Positions 49,841 through 58,832 of a stretch of 64,000 nt of DNA are shown in pieces; position 1 is the first letter of the stretch, and every line of letters starts with the position of its first letter. The notes under the pieces are model-generated. The model was not told the origin of the DNA. It saw nothing but the letters and a program-made list of their open reading frames with translations, and ran no database searches. Source of the stretch: an uncultured Acidobacteriota bacterium (GTDB lineage: Bacteria > Acidobacteriota > Terriglobia > UBA7540); assembly GCA_963804995.1 (NCBI GenBank), contig CAWDSK010000003.1, forward strand, positions 1,376,001 to 1,440,000. The letters run 5' to 3'. The position numbers were made by a program, and so were the translations under genes.

Positions 49841-52045
49841 ATGGAAATGATCAGCCGACGTGAACTCTTCGAGCGCGTGGGTGTGGGTGCGGTAGTAACC
49901 ACGCTTGGAAAGAACGTGGGTTACGCCGTGGCCCCGGCTGCGAGCGAAGTATCTTCTTCTCTAAAACCTTCTTCTGAGTGGATCCGGTCCGCCCGGCTGT
50001 TAATCGCCGAGGCTTACTGCCCGCCCTTTTACCCTTCCCTCGACTACGACCCGGAAAAGGCCCTGGCCATCGCTCGCCGCCTGAACTGCGATTCAATCCG
50101 TTATCCTACGTTTTCGTATGTGTCGTTTTTTCCAACCAAAACCAGACTTCCGCACCACCCTGAACTGGGCACGAAAGACCCCTTCCAGCGCACGATGGAA
50201 CTGTTTCATGGCGCCGGCCTGAAGGTGGTGGCCTACAACCCGCTCATTCATCCCTTCATGGACGTGCACTCGAACAATCCCGATTATCCAGATTGGATGC
50301 GCTACGGCGCGGATGGCAAACCCTACATCACCCGGCATCTGGGGTGGACTGAATTTTACGAAGGGTGCGTGAACAGCCCCCTGCGCGATCAGGTCAAGGA
50401 ACGAGTCAGGGAAGTTGTCACCAACTATCCCGTCGATATGATGTACTTCGATGGCCCCTATGAGGGTATGGATCAGAGCTTGCGTTATTGCCATTGCCAA
50501 TATTGCAAAGCAGCCTACCAGAAGGCGCGGGGGAAAAACATTCCCTTGCAAAACGGCGCCGACACCTTGGAAGACCTTATCGAATACGAGCAGTGGATGA
50601 CGGAAGACGTTGTCCTGGCTTTCATGCAGCAGATTTGCGACATGGTGCGCAAGGTGCGCGACGTGCCCATTGTGTACAACGATACGGATCTGTTGAATCA
50701 CGACGTGAGGGCGCGGGCGTTCCGCTCTACGGATGGCTTCATGTTCGAGGCGGCCGACACGCCGGAGGAGAAGCTCTTTAATATGCGCCTCGGCCAATCC
50801 ACCGGCAAAGTGATTTGGACCTACGTCAGCTCGCATACGGAATACAATTGCGAGCACCTTAAGGACAAATCCATGCGCGGGTGGTACAGCACTTCGGTGG
50901 ACGGTGAGCGCTTGAAGCTGGATGCGGCCGTGGCCACCGCCGCCGGCGTCGGCTATTGTTACTGGGGCCTGAATCGCCTCTTCTACTCGACGGAAGACGT
51001 CCTGAACGACCCCTCCATTCGGGGCATGAAACAGGTCTTCGATTTTGCTCAGCAGAATAAACAACTCCTCATGTCCGTCCACCCCGTCCCCCAGGCGGGA
51101 ATCCTGGTGGGAACGCAGACCTTTTCGTGGTACCGGAGCGATATGTTTGTTCCGGACTCATATTGGAACTACTATTACGGTGCTTGTCAACTCCTGAAGG
51201 ACCTCGCTTACGATGCGGAACCTTTTCTGGATTTTGAAACCACGGCAGACCGTTTGGCAAAATACCAGCTCGTCTATGTGCCCAACGCTCCCTGCTTGAG
51301 TGCGGCCCAGTGCGCCCTGCTGGCAAGTTTCGTAGAGGCCGGCGGCACCCTGGTGGCGACTCACCTGACCTCAGTGGCAGACGAATACGGAAGGCTGCGT
51401 CACAATTACGGCCTTTCCGAGCTCCTCGGCGCCAGCTTCAAGTCAGTGGAGCCCGAGGAACATCCGGATCTGTACCTGCGCATTCTCTCGACTGGTGAGC
51501 TTATTCCGCAAGATCCCCAGGTGATGTCATTTGAAGCGACGGGCGGGTCAGAGGCAATCGCGGAAACCTTCGATCGTGGCCATCGCCGCGCGCTCGGGCC
51601 GGCGGTCATCTCCCGCCAGCATGGCAAAGGCCGGGCGATTTATATTGGCTCCGGCCTCGAGGCTGTCTATCTGGAAACTCTGAACAAGTCTATCCGCGGT
51701 TACTTCCACTCGTTGTTGGATCCGATCTTGGGACCCTCACGAACCTATGAAGTTGACTACCGCGCCGGCCTGATGACCCAGTTCACCGTTTCACAAAACG
51801 CTTTGCTCTTGCACTTGATTGCCAATACTGGAAGTATTTGGAAGAAGCTCCTTGTGCAGGAGGAATTCTTGCCACTCCCCAATGTGCAAGTACGCCTTCG
51901 CCTCCCCCAGGGCCGGACCGCGAAATCCGTGACGCTAATGTGGAGCCGGGCAACGCCGGCCTGGAAGGTACGGGATGGCTGGGTCGAACTCACCGTTCCC
52001 CAGGTGCACCCTTACGAAGTGGTCCATGTGGATCTTAGCGCATGA
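49841..52045 (+). CDS. Glycoside hydrolase-like (GHL6/GH42-related TIM barrel + trimerisation domain) with Tat signal
   Basis: SRRELF; MYFDGP, YCHCQYC zinc motif, LVYVPNAPCLS...FVEAGGTLVAT. Confidence 0.7.
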   Translation: MEMISRRELFERVGVGAVVTTLGKNVGYAVAPAASEVSSSLKPSSEWIRSARLLIAEAYCPPFYPSLDYDPEKALAIARRLNCDSIRYPTFSYVSFFPTKTRLPHHPELGTKDPFQRTMELFHGAGLKVVAYNPLIHPFMDVHSNNPDYPDWMRYGADGKPYITRHLGWTEFYEGCVNSPLRDQVKERVREVVTNYPVDMMYFDGPYEGMDQSLRYCHCQYCKAAYQKARGKNIPLQNGADTLEDLIEYEQWMTEDVVLAFMQQICDMVRKVRDVPIVYNDTDLLNHDVRARAFRSTDGFMFEAADTPEEKLFNMRLGQSTGKVIWTYVSSHTEYNCEHLKDKSMRGWYSTSVDGERLKLDAAVATAAGVGYCYWGLNRLFYSTEDVLNDPSIRGMKQVFDFAQQNKQLLMSVHPVPQAGILVGTQTFSWYRSDMFVPDSYWNYYYGACQLLKDLAYDAEPFLDFETTADRLAKYQLVYVPNAPCLSAAQCALLASFVEAGGTLVATHLTSVADEYGRLRHNYGLSELLGASFKSVEPEEHPDLYLRILSTGELIPQDPQVMSFEATGGSEAIAETFDRGHRRALGPAVISRQHGKGRAIYIGSGLEAVYLETLNKSIRGYFHSLLDPILGPSRTYEVDYRAGLMTQFTVSQNALLLHLIANTGSIWKKLLVQEEFLPLPNVQVRLRLPQGRTAKSVTLMWSRATPAWKVRDGWVELTVPQVHPYEVVHVDLSA

Positions 52046-53274
52046 AACTCACTCACCCTTCCTGGCGATGGTTGATGATCGCGCTGGCGTTCTTCGCCAC
52101 CACCATCAATTATCTGGACCGGCAAACGCTGTCGGTGACGGCGCCCGTCCTCATCGACCAGTTCCGCATGACCCACGAGACGTACTCGCGCGTGGTTTTC
52201 GCCTTCATGCTCGCCTACACGATTGCCAATGGCATTTCCGGTCCTCTCATCGACAGGTTGGGGACCCGGCTGGGATTCGCCCTGACCATGGCGTGGTGGT
52301 CTGGGGCCAGCATGTTGAAAGCCCTGGCGCGCGGGCCGTGGTCGCTGGGTGTTTACCAGTTCCTGCTGGGGCTGGGCGAGGCCGGCAATTGGCCGGCCAG
52401 CGTCAAAGTTGTGGCGGAGTGGTTTCCGGCGGAAGAGCGGGCGCTGGCTTCCGGAATCTTCAACAGCGGTTCCGCCGTGGGAGCCATCCTGGCGCCCCCC
52501 ATCGTGGTATGGATCTTGCTTCGTTACGGCTGGCGGCAGGCCTTCTTTTGGGTGGGATTGAGCGGCTTCGTCTGGATCGCGGTCTGGGCCTGGCTCTACC
52601 GAACTCCCCAAGGCATCATAAAAGAGGTAGCGCCCCCCAAGGTATCAACGTGGAAGTTATTTCGCACCCGGTTTGTCTGGACCTTCACGCTCTCCAAAGT
52701 TCTCCTGGATCCCGTGTGGTACTTTTATATCTTCTGGTTTCCGGAGTATCTCAGCCGCGCCCGCCATTTCAGCATGGCCAACATCGGGAAATACGCCTGG
52801 ATTCCCTTCGGAGTAGCGGGCCTCGGAAACCTTCTGGGTGGGTGGGTATCGGGTTGGATCCTGCGGCGGGGTTTTTCGCTGACCGTGGCTCGCAAGGGAG
52901 GAGTCACGCTGTTTGCTATTCTGATGACGAGCGCCATTCCTGCCGTTCTGGTCGAGGATGTGCGAACATCCATAGCGCTTGTTTCCGTCGCCATGCTCGG
53001 GTATACAGGGTGCTGTTCCATCATGCTGGCCTATCCTGCTGACATCTTCCCGAAGAACCTGGTGGGCTCGATCTGGGGAATCGCCAGCATGGGATCGGGT
53101 TTCGGCGGGATGATCTTCGCTCCCATCACGGGCTGGGTGGTCGACCACTTTTCCTTTACGCCCGTCTTTATTGGTTTCGGGGTCATGCCGCTGCTCTGCG
53201 CGGCCATCCTCTGGACCCTGGTAGGCCCCATTTCGCCCGCATCTTCAGGATTGGATTTGAAGGAGGTTCTATGA
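52042..53274 (+). CDS. MFS transporter (hexuronate ExuT-like)
   Basis: INYLDRQTLS, LGLGEAGNWP, EWFP.EERALASGIFN, WYFYIFWFP. Confidence 0.92.
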   Translation: MKLTHPSWRWLMIALAFFATTINYLDRQTLSVTAPVLIDQFRMTHETYSRVVFAFMLAYTIANGISGPLIDRLGTRLGFALTMAWWSGASMLKALARGPWSLGVYQFLLGLGEAGNWPASVKVVAEWFPAEERALASGIFNSGSAVGAILAPPIVVWILLRYGWRQAFFWVGLSGFVWIAVWAWLYRTPQGIIKEVAPPKVSTWKLFRTRFVWTFTLSKVLLDPVWYFYIFWFPEYLSRARHFSMANIGKYAWIPFGVAGLGNLLGGWVSGWILRRGFSLTVARKGGVTLFAILMTSAIPAVLVEDVRTSIALVSVAMLGYTGCCSIMLAYPADIFPKNLVGSIWGIASMGSGFGGMIFAPITGWVVDHFSFTPVFIGFGVMPLLCAAILWTLVGPISPASSGLDLKEVL

Positions 53275-54038
53275 CGCAGGAAAGTGAATTTCAGGGAATG
53301 ACGGCATTGGTTACCGGAGCGAGCCGCGGCATCGGCGCTGAAACCGCGGTCGCCCTGGCGGCGCACGGCGCTTTTACGCTCATCCACTACCACACGAGTG
53401 AACTGCATGCGGTCGCTGTACTCGAAAGGATTCGCCAAGCCGGGGGTGAGGGAGGGCTGCTTCAGGCTGATCTCAGTAGTTCGGAGGGCATCCATAAGTT
53501 CCTCGAGCTGCTCCATAAAACCGGGCGGCCTATTGACATTCTGGTTAACAATGCCGGCTCGCTGATCCAGCGCACTCCGTTCCTCGACCTGACGGAAGAA
53601 TTATGGAATCGCGTCTTCTTCCTTAACCTTACCAGCGCCTTTATGATCTCCCAGGCCGTGATCCGCGGCATGGTTGAGAGAAAGCGCGGCGTCATCGTCA
53701 ACCTTTCTTCCGCCGCCGCGCGCAATGGCGGAGGGATCGGCGCCACCGCCTATGCCGCTTCCAAGGGTGCGATGTCGCTCATGACGAAAGGGATGGCGAA
53801 GGAATTCGGCCCCCTCGGAATCCGCATCAACGCTGTCTCTCCCGGAGTCATTGACACGGATTACCACCGCAAGTTTTCGAGCGCCGCGGTCCTGGAAGGA
53901 GTCATCAAATCGACGCCCCTGGGTCGGCTGGGGGAATCGGACGAGGTCGCGGACGTGATTGTTTTTCTCTGCTCCGAAGGTGCGCGCTTCATCCAGGGCC
54001 AGGTCATCGAAATAAATGGCGGGCTCCTGATGGTTTGA
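53271..54038 (+). CDS. SDR family oxidoreductase
   Basis: TGASRGIG, NNAG, YAASK, INAVSPG. Confidence 0.95.
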   Translation: MTQESEFQGMTALVTGASRGIGAETAVALAAHGAFTLIHYHTSELHAVAVLERIRQAGGEGGLLQADLSSSEGIHKFLELLHKTGRPIDILVNNAGSLIQRTPFLDLTEELWNRVFFLNLTSAFMISQAVIRGMVERKRGVIVNLSSAAARNGGGIGATAYAASKGAMSLMTKGMAKEFGPLGIRINAVSPGVIDTDYHRKFSSAAVLEGVIKSTPLGRLGESDEVADVIVFLCSEGARFIQGQVIEINGGLLMV

Positions 54039-54135
54039 GATCGGGGGCTAGGGGCTACTTGCACGCGGGGCGCCCGCGGTCGCATTTGACGAATTCGCGA
54101 TCCCTGTTAAACTAATAGCGAAGAGTAAGCTTCTG

Positions 54136-54441
54136 ATGACCGTCACCGTTAGAAACAAAACACCGTTGGTGGTACCCCGCGCGATTCGTCGCCGTGCCGG
54201 TTTCAAGGGCGGCGAGGAGTTGGAGGTGAAGGCTTCCGGTGGGGTCATCACGATACTCCCCAAATTGCCCACTGCTCGCGACGAGTACACGCCCGCCCAG
54301 CGCCGCGTCATCGATGCCCGTTTAGCCGAAGCCCGCAAGGGTCCTTATCATGGGCCGTTCAAAACCGCTGACGAAGCCATTCAGTTTGTCCGCAAAGAAA
54401 TCAAAAGCCGGAGAGGCAGCAAGCGCGGGACAGGAACCTAA
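54136..54441 (+). CDS. AbrB/MazE-type antitoxin
   Basis: LVVPRAIRRRAGFKGGEELEV...VITILP swapped-hairpin; upstream of RelE-like gene. Confidence 0.8.
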   Translation: MTVTVRNKTPLVVPRAIRRRAGFKGGEELEVKASGGVITILPKLPTARDEYTPAQRRVIDARLAEARKGPYHGPFKTADEAIQFVRKEIKSRRGSKRGTGT

Positions 54442-54444
54442 TCG

Positions 54445-54690
54445 ATGAAGGTCGCTCTATCGGACCGTGCGATCGAATCATTGGCAGAGGCTCCACCCAG
54501 CGTCCAGCGGGCTTTTGAAAAGCAGATCCGGTTCTTAATGAACAACCTGCAGCATCCGTCCCTCCACGCTAAGAAATACGACGAATCCCGAAGCCTCTGG
54601 CAGGCGAGAGTTAACAAGGACTGGAGGTTCTACTTTAAAATTTCCGGTGACATCTACCTAGTCGAGGATGTCATTCCGCATCCAAAATAG
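54445..54690 (+). CDS. RelE/ParE superfamily toxin
   Basis: 81 aa; HPSLHAKKY...WQARVNKDWRFYF. Confidence 0.8.
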   Translation: MKVALSDRAIESLAEAPPSVQRAFEKQIRFLMNNLQHPSLHAKKYDESRSLWQARVNKDWRFYFKISGDIYLVEDVIPHPK

Positions 54691-54900
54691 CGGGTAGCGC
54701 AATGCCGCCAAGCCGTTGTGCCCGCATACACGCCAAAATACAGCACGTATGCGCCACCCGCAATAATTCCTCGTAATCGAGTCATCCTTCTGTGCAGACA
54801 ACCGTCCTCCGCAATGACGAAAAAACCACTTGCTTGTTCGCGTTGAAAAGGCGATAAATTTGGAGGGCAATAATAAGACAATCTCGCTTGAGGTGCCGCC

Positions 54901-55833
54901 GTGAAGCCGGACTCCGACCCTCCCCTTCCACGATCTCCCGATGATCCCGACAACCTTCGTCGCCTGCGCGAGGATGCCTTACGCCGCCTGGAAGATGAGG
55001 AGCGCCCATCCCCGGCCGCGGTGTATGGAGGACCGCCCCCGGTCGACAACCTACCAGCCCCAGTGTACGGCGGGCCGGCCCCGGTGTATGGCGGACCGCC
55101 CCCGGTCAACCGCCGGCGGACTCTGTGGGCACTTCTGCTGCTGGCGCTGGGCATGGTGGGGGCCTTCGTCGCCCGGCTGTTCAGAAGGCGCCGCATTGTC
55201 CCTGATGGGTATGGGCAGTCCAGGCCGCCGGCGCCGGTGTATGGAGGGCCTCCGATACCACCGCCGCAACCAACCCCGGTGCAGCCTGACGGCGGAGCGC
55301 AGACCTTGACCGGGGCCATACAAACTCACAATGGCCATTTGTTGACCGCCGTGAACGGTGGAGGACTCGGAGACCCCAAATCGGCGCCCCAGGGAGTGGC
55401 CCTCTCAACCGGTGCAACCACCGCCGGGCCCTTCGAGACATTTACGCTGGTTTGGGTGGATAAGTCTGCGAACACGTTTGCGCTAAAGACCCACGACGGC
55501 CACTTCGTCACTGCCGTGAAAGGCGGCGGCATCGGCGGACCTGACAGCGACCAATCTCCCGTTCATACGGACGTTACAGCGATCGGGCCTGAGGAAACGT
55601 TTACCATCACTCTGCTGGCCGACAACATCCACGCCACGATTCAGACAGCGGATGGCAGGCATTTCCTCAGCGCCGTCAACGGAGGAGGTGTGGGTGGTTC
55701 GAACCAAGTGCCCATTCACACCGATGCCACCACCATGGGAGCGGGGGCAGTATTCCAGCTTATCCTGGCTCGGCAGCCGGAGCGTATGCCGGCGCCCGTG
55801 TACGGAGGGCCGCCTCCCAAGCGTCCCGGCTAA
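54901..55833 (+). CDS. Putative splicease substrate: Pro-rich protein with five VYGGP motifs, one TM helix and a fascin-like beta-trefoil domain
   Basis: (A/P)VYGGP at codons starting 55021, 55063, 55084, 55237, 55798; TM LWALLLLALGMVGAFVA; three internal repeats T.(N/D)G(H)..(T/S)AV.GGG.G...T..T..G...F; GAGG RBS. Confidence 0.75.
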   Translation: MKPDSDPPLPRSPDDPDNLRRLREDALRRLEDEERPSPAAVYGGPPPVDNLPAPVYGGPAPVYGGPPPVNRRRTLWALLLLALGMVGAFVARLFRRRRIVPDGYGQSRPPAPVYGGPPIPPPQPTPVQPDGGAQTLTGAIQTHNGHLLTAVNGGGLGDPKSAPQGVALSTGATTAGPFETFTLVWVDKSANTFALKTHDGHFVTAVKGGGIGGPDSDQSPVHTDVTAIGPEETFTITLLADNIHATIQTADGRHFLSAVNGGGVGGSNQVPIHTDATTMGAGAVFQLILARQPERMPAPVYGGPPPKRPG

Positions 55834-55913
55834 AGCTCCGCCCCCGGACTGATGCAGGATTGGCGGCCTGTCAAGCCCATCAAGACTCGCCCGACTAGTT
55901 TTTTTGAATTCCT

Positions 55914-57164
55914 ATGAAGCCTTTGCGCTACGTCTATGCCGTCTGGGAACTTACCCTGCAATGCAACCTCGGTTGTGTGCATTGCGGTTCACGGGCGGCA
56001 AAGGCACGCGCCGAGGAGCTTTCTACGGCTGAAGCTCTCAACCTGGTTCGGCAAATGCAAGAGGCCGGGGTCACGGAAGTTACGCTCATTGGTGGTGAGG
56101 CGTTTCTGAGGCCGGATTGGCTGGTCATCGTCAAGGCGATTCGCGAGGCGGGACTATCTTGCACACTCACCACGGGCGGGTATGGCATCTCCGCCACGAC
56201 CGCGGAGAACATGCGCGAAGCTGGGATTCAGCAAGTCTCCGTATCCATCGACGGCACGCGTGAAACACATGACTGGCTGCGCGGGAAAAACGGGTCTTGG
56301 GACGCTTGCTTTGCCACCTTGCGCCATCTGCGACGGGCGGCGATTCCAATTTCCTGCAATAGCCAGATTAACCGGCTTTCAGCGCCGGAGTTGCCTTTGA
56401 TCTACGCGGATATTGTTGAGGCCGGTTGCCGGGCGTGGCAGCTCGCCATGACCGTACCCATGGGGCGTGCGGCGGACCGGCCCGAAATCCTGTTACAGCC
56501 ATCGGAATTGCTGGAGGTGTTCCCGCTCCTGAACGAGCTTGCCGGTTGGGCCAAGCGCGACGGATTGCTTTTCTATCCTGGCAACAACATCGGATATTAC
56601 GGGCCCTATGAGCGGCGTCTGCGGAGTATGCAAGGGGCTGGCGCGATCTGGGCAGGCTGCCAGGCGGGTATGAATACCCTTGGCATTGAAGCCAATGGGG
56701 CCATTAAGGGTTGCCCTTCTCTGCCGACGTCGACCTATGTCGGAGGCAACATTCGAGAAAAACCGCTGCGGGAAATTCTTGACACCGCGGAGCTTGAAAT
56801 CAACGCGCACCAGGGAACGCCCCAGGGCGTCTCGCACTTGTGGGGCTTTTGCCGTAATTGCGAGTACGCGGAGTTGTGCCGCGGGGGCTGCACCTGGACT
56901 GCCCATGTTTTCTTCGGCCAACCAGGAAACAATCCGTATTGCCATCATCGAGCCCTGATGCGGAAAAAAGACGGCATGCGGGAGCGGCTGATTCTTGAAA
57001 CTCGCGCCCCGGGGGAGCCGTTTGACCACGGCAGATTCGCTCTCAAGGAAGAGCCCACCCGCGCACCTTGGCCGGACGAAGATCCCCACCGCTTTGTCGC
57101 GGATCGTATTCAGTGGTCGCGCTCTTCATCGGCGGCCAGCGCCGTGCTTCCCATTCTGGGTTAG
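55914..57164 (+). CDS. Radical SAM/SPASM peptide maturase (PlpX/splicease-like group)
   Basis: YAVWELTLQCNLGCVHCGSRA, PGNNIGYYGPYE, GCQAG...KGCPSL, WGFCRNCEYAELCRGGCTWT, NNPYCHHRAL. Confidence 0.88.
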   Translation: MKPLRYVYAVWELTLQCNLGCVHCGSRAAKARAEELSTAEALNLVRQMQEAGVTEVTLIGGEAFLRPDWLVIVKAIREAGLSCTLTTGGYGISATTAENMREAGIQQVSVSIDGTRETHDWLRGKNGSWDACFATLRHLRRAAIPISCNSQINRLSAPELPLIYADIVEAGCRAWQLAMTVPMGRAADRPEILLQPSELLEVFPLLNELAGWAKRDGLLFYPGNNIGYYGPYERRLRSMQGAGAIWAGCQAGMNTLGIEANGAIKGCPSLPTSTYVGGNIREKPLREILDTAELEINAHQGTPQGVSHLWGFCRNCEYAELCRGGCTWTAHVFFGQPGNNPYCHHRALMRKKDGMRERLILETRAPGEPFDHGRFALKEEPTRAPWPDEDPHRFVADRIQWSRSSSAASAVLPILG

Positions 57165-57167
57165 CGG

Positions 57168-57578
57168 GTAGCCACGGTGTCACCGCGGCTGAAAGTCCAC
57201 CAATCTTAATGGCGGGCGACTTTTTCTGACCGTGGGCTTTTCCCTCGATGCCACACCCCAAATCGATCGTGGCCGCAATGACTGCGTTCCCTGTGAGCGG
57301 GGGTAGCCACGGTCAGCGTTTTTTCTGACCGTGGGCTTTTCCCTCGATGCCACACCCCAAATCGATCGTGGCCACAATGACTGCGTTCCCTGTGGGCGGG
57401 GGTAGCCACGGTCAGCGTTTTTTCTGACCGTGGGTTCTTCTCAGCCACGATGCTCCAGCGGCAGGTCGTCAATCGGGATGGAACACGCCGCCACCGTTGC
57501 CCTGTACAAAGTAAGTTTGCCGTTACTCGACAACCGACAGGAAGGACCCACGGTCAGAAAATCGCTGACCGTGGCTAC
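57168..57578. repeat. REP/BIME-like array: 99-bp tandem unit with GTAG hairpin, plus inverted copy
   Basis: gtagccacggtcagcgttttttctgaccgtggg at ~57303 and ~57402, interrupted copy at 57168, inverted copy 57548-57578. Confidence 0.85.
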
Positions 57579-57657
57579 TATCTGCCTTTCCCGACTCCGT
57601 CGGGACTCGCACAAAGCGCTCGCTGCCTACTGGTCTTCCATGTCGCTTATTAATGCA

Positions 57658-58527
57658 CTAGAGACCCGCGGCCTTAAGGAACTCTTCTGCGATTTCAGGG
57701 GTGGGTGCCACGATGAAGGGTTGCTTCTTGACGGTCCAAACCGGCGGGCGGCGGTCAACTCCCCAAACGGTCATGCCGGCTTCCTCCGCAATCACCTGGG
57801 GCGGAATCAAATCGAGCTCATCGCCCGCCCCGAAGTTCGCGTAGACGTGCTGGCCGCCCAGGATGGTCATCATCACGTTGCCGCCTGCCCCGCCCGTGCC
57901 GGTGGTGGAAGCGATAATCCCGGCCTCGTAAACTCTTATGGTGCGGTCCCGCTCGGCAGGAGTCATCTTCGTGCTGAACGGAACGCAGGAGACGTAGGTC
58001 CGGGTCTTCGGCAAGACTCTCCTGGTAAGGCGGCGCGCCTCGGCAAAGTCGAAAGTATTCCCCCTAAACAACGATCGGCGCACGAACGCGCCCTGGCCAC
58101 GAATGGCGAACGCCATCCGCCCGACGCATTCCTCCGCTTCCTCCAAAGGAAGGTAAACCTCCGGCTGGAAGACGACGCCCACCCGTGGCACTCCTTCTTC
58201 CACATAATGGGCCTGGACAGAATACAGGTTGCCGCCGGCCGCGAAGTGATTGGTCCCATCGAGCGGATCGGCCCCAACCTTCTTATTACTGGGAGCGCCG
58301 AAGCTGCCGGACTCTTCGAGCTGGAACGTAATGGCCGGGCCGATCTGTGGCAGTCGCTCTCGAAACACCGCAAGAATCGCGGCGTCCGAACGCTTGTCCG
58401 CCGTGGTCACGAGTTCCTTCGCGTCCTTATACTCGGCCACCATTGATCCCGTGCGCTTTACCATAAGCACCTGAACCGCGCCCAGCGTGACCGCTGCCGT
58501 CAGCACATCCAGAATTTCTTCGAACAT
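57658..58527 (-). CDS. Inositol monophosphatase family protein
   Basis: ELVTTAD, LEES, DPLDGTNHF, D...PQVIAEEAG. Confidence 0.85.
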   Translation of the reverse strand: MFEEILDVLTAAVTLGAVQVLMVKRTGSMVAEYKDAKELVTTADKRSDAAILAVFRERLPQIGPAITFQLEESGSFGAPSNKKVGADPLDGTNHFAAGGNLYSVQAHYVEEGVPRVGVVFQPEVYLPLEEAEECVGRMAFAIRGQGAFVRRSLFRGNTFDFAEARRLTRRVLPKTRTYVSCVPFSTKMTPAERDRTIRVYEAGIIASTTGTGGAGGNVMMTILGGQHVYANFGAGDELDLIPPQVIAEEAGMTVWGVDRRPPVWTVKKQPFIVAPTPEIAEEFLKAAGL

Positions 58528-58570
58528 GGCGTAAGAGCCTCTCTCTCGGAAGCTGTAGGAAAATCCCGTT

Positions 58571-58714
58571 GTAGCAGCGGGTTTACCCCGCCATGTGGCG
58601 AGGTGAACTCGCCGCTACGTACTGGCGTGGCGAGGTGAACTCGCCGCTACGTACTGGCGTGGCGAGGTAAACTCGCCGCTACGTGCTGCGGTGGCGAGGT
58701 AAACTCGCCGCTAC
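58571..58714. repeat. Tandem REP hairpins (~32-bp period)
   Basis: Four copies gtggcgaggt(g/a)aactcgccgctac preceded by an inverted gtagc...copy. Confidence 0.9.
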
Positions 58715-58832
58715 ATCAAACTGACCCACCGCCCCCGCGAATAGTCTCTTTTTAACGGGCCAAAAGTAAAGTAAAGTATTCACCCATTGGGCGGGCTACA
58801 TTCAACAAAATGCTTTGAGAGGAGGCAACAAA

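Noticed and set aside
57168..57578. CRISPR array, or minus-strand repeated peptide ORF (57206-57472) as a second RiPP precursor
   Set aside because: Spacers are near-identical copies; repeats are conserved at DNA level as hairpins; ORF has no RBS and no YG motif
58571..58714. CRISPR-like short repeats
   Set aside because: Spacers are only ~8 nt and nearly identical; repeats are GTAG-type REP hairpins; no cas genes
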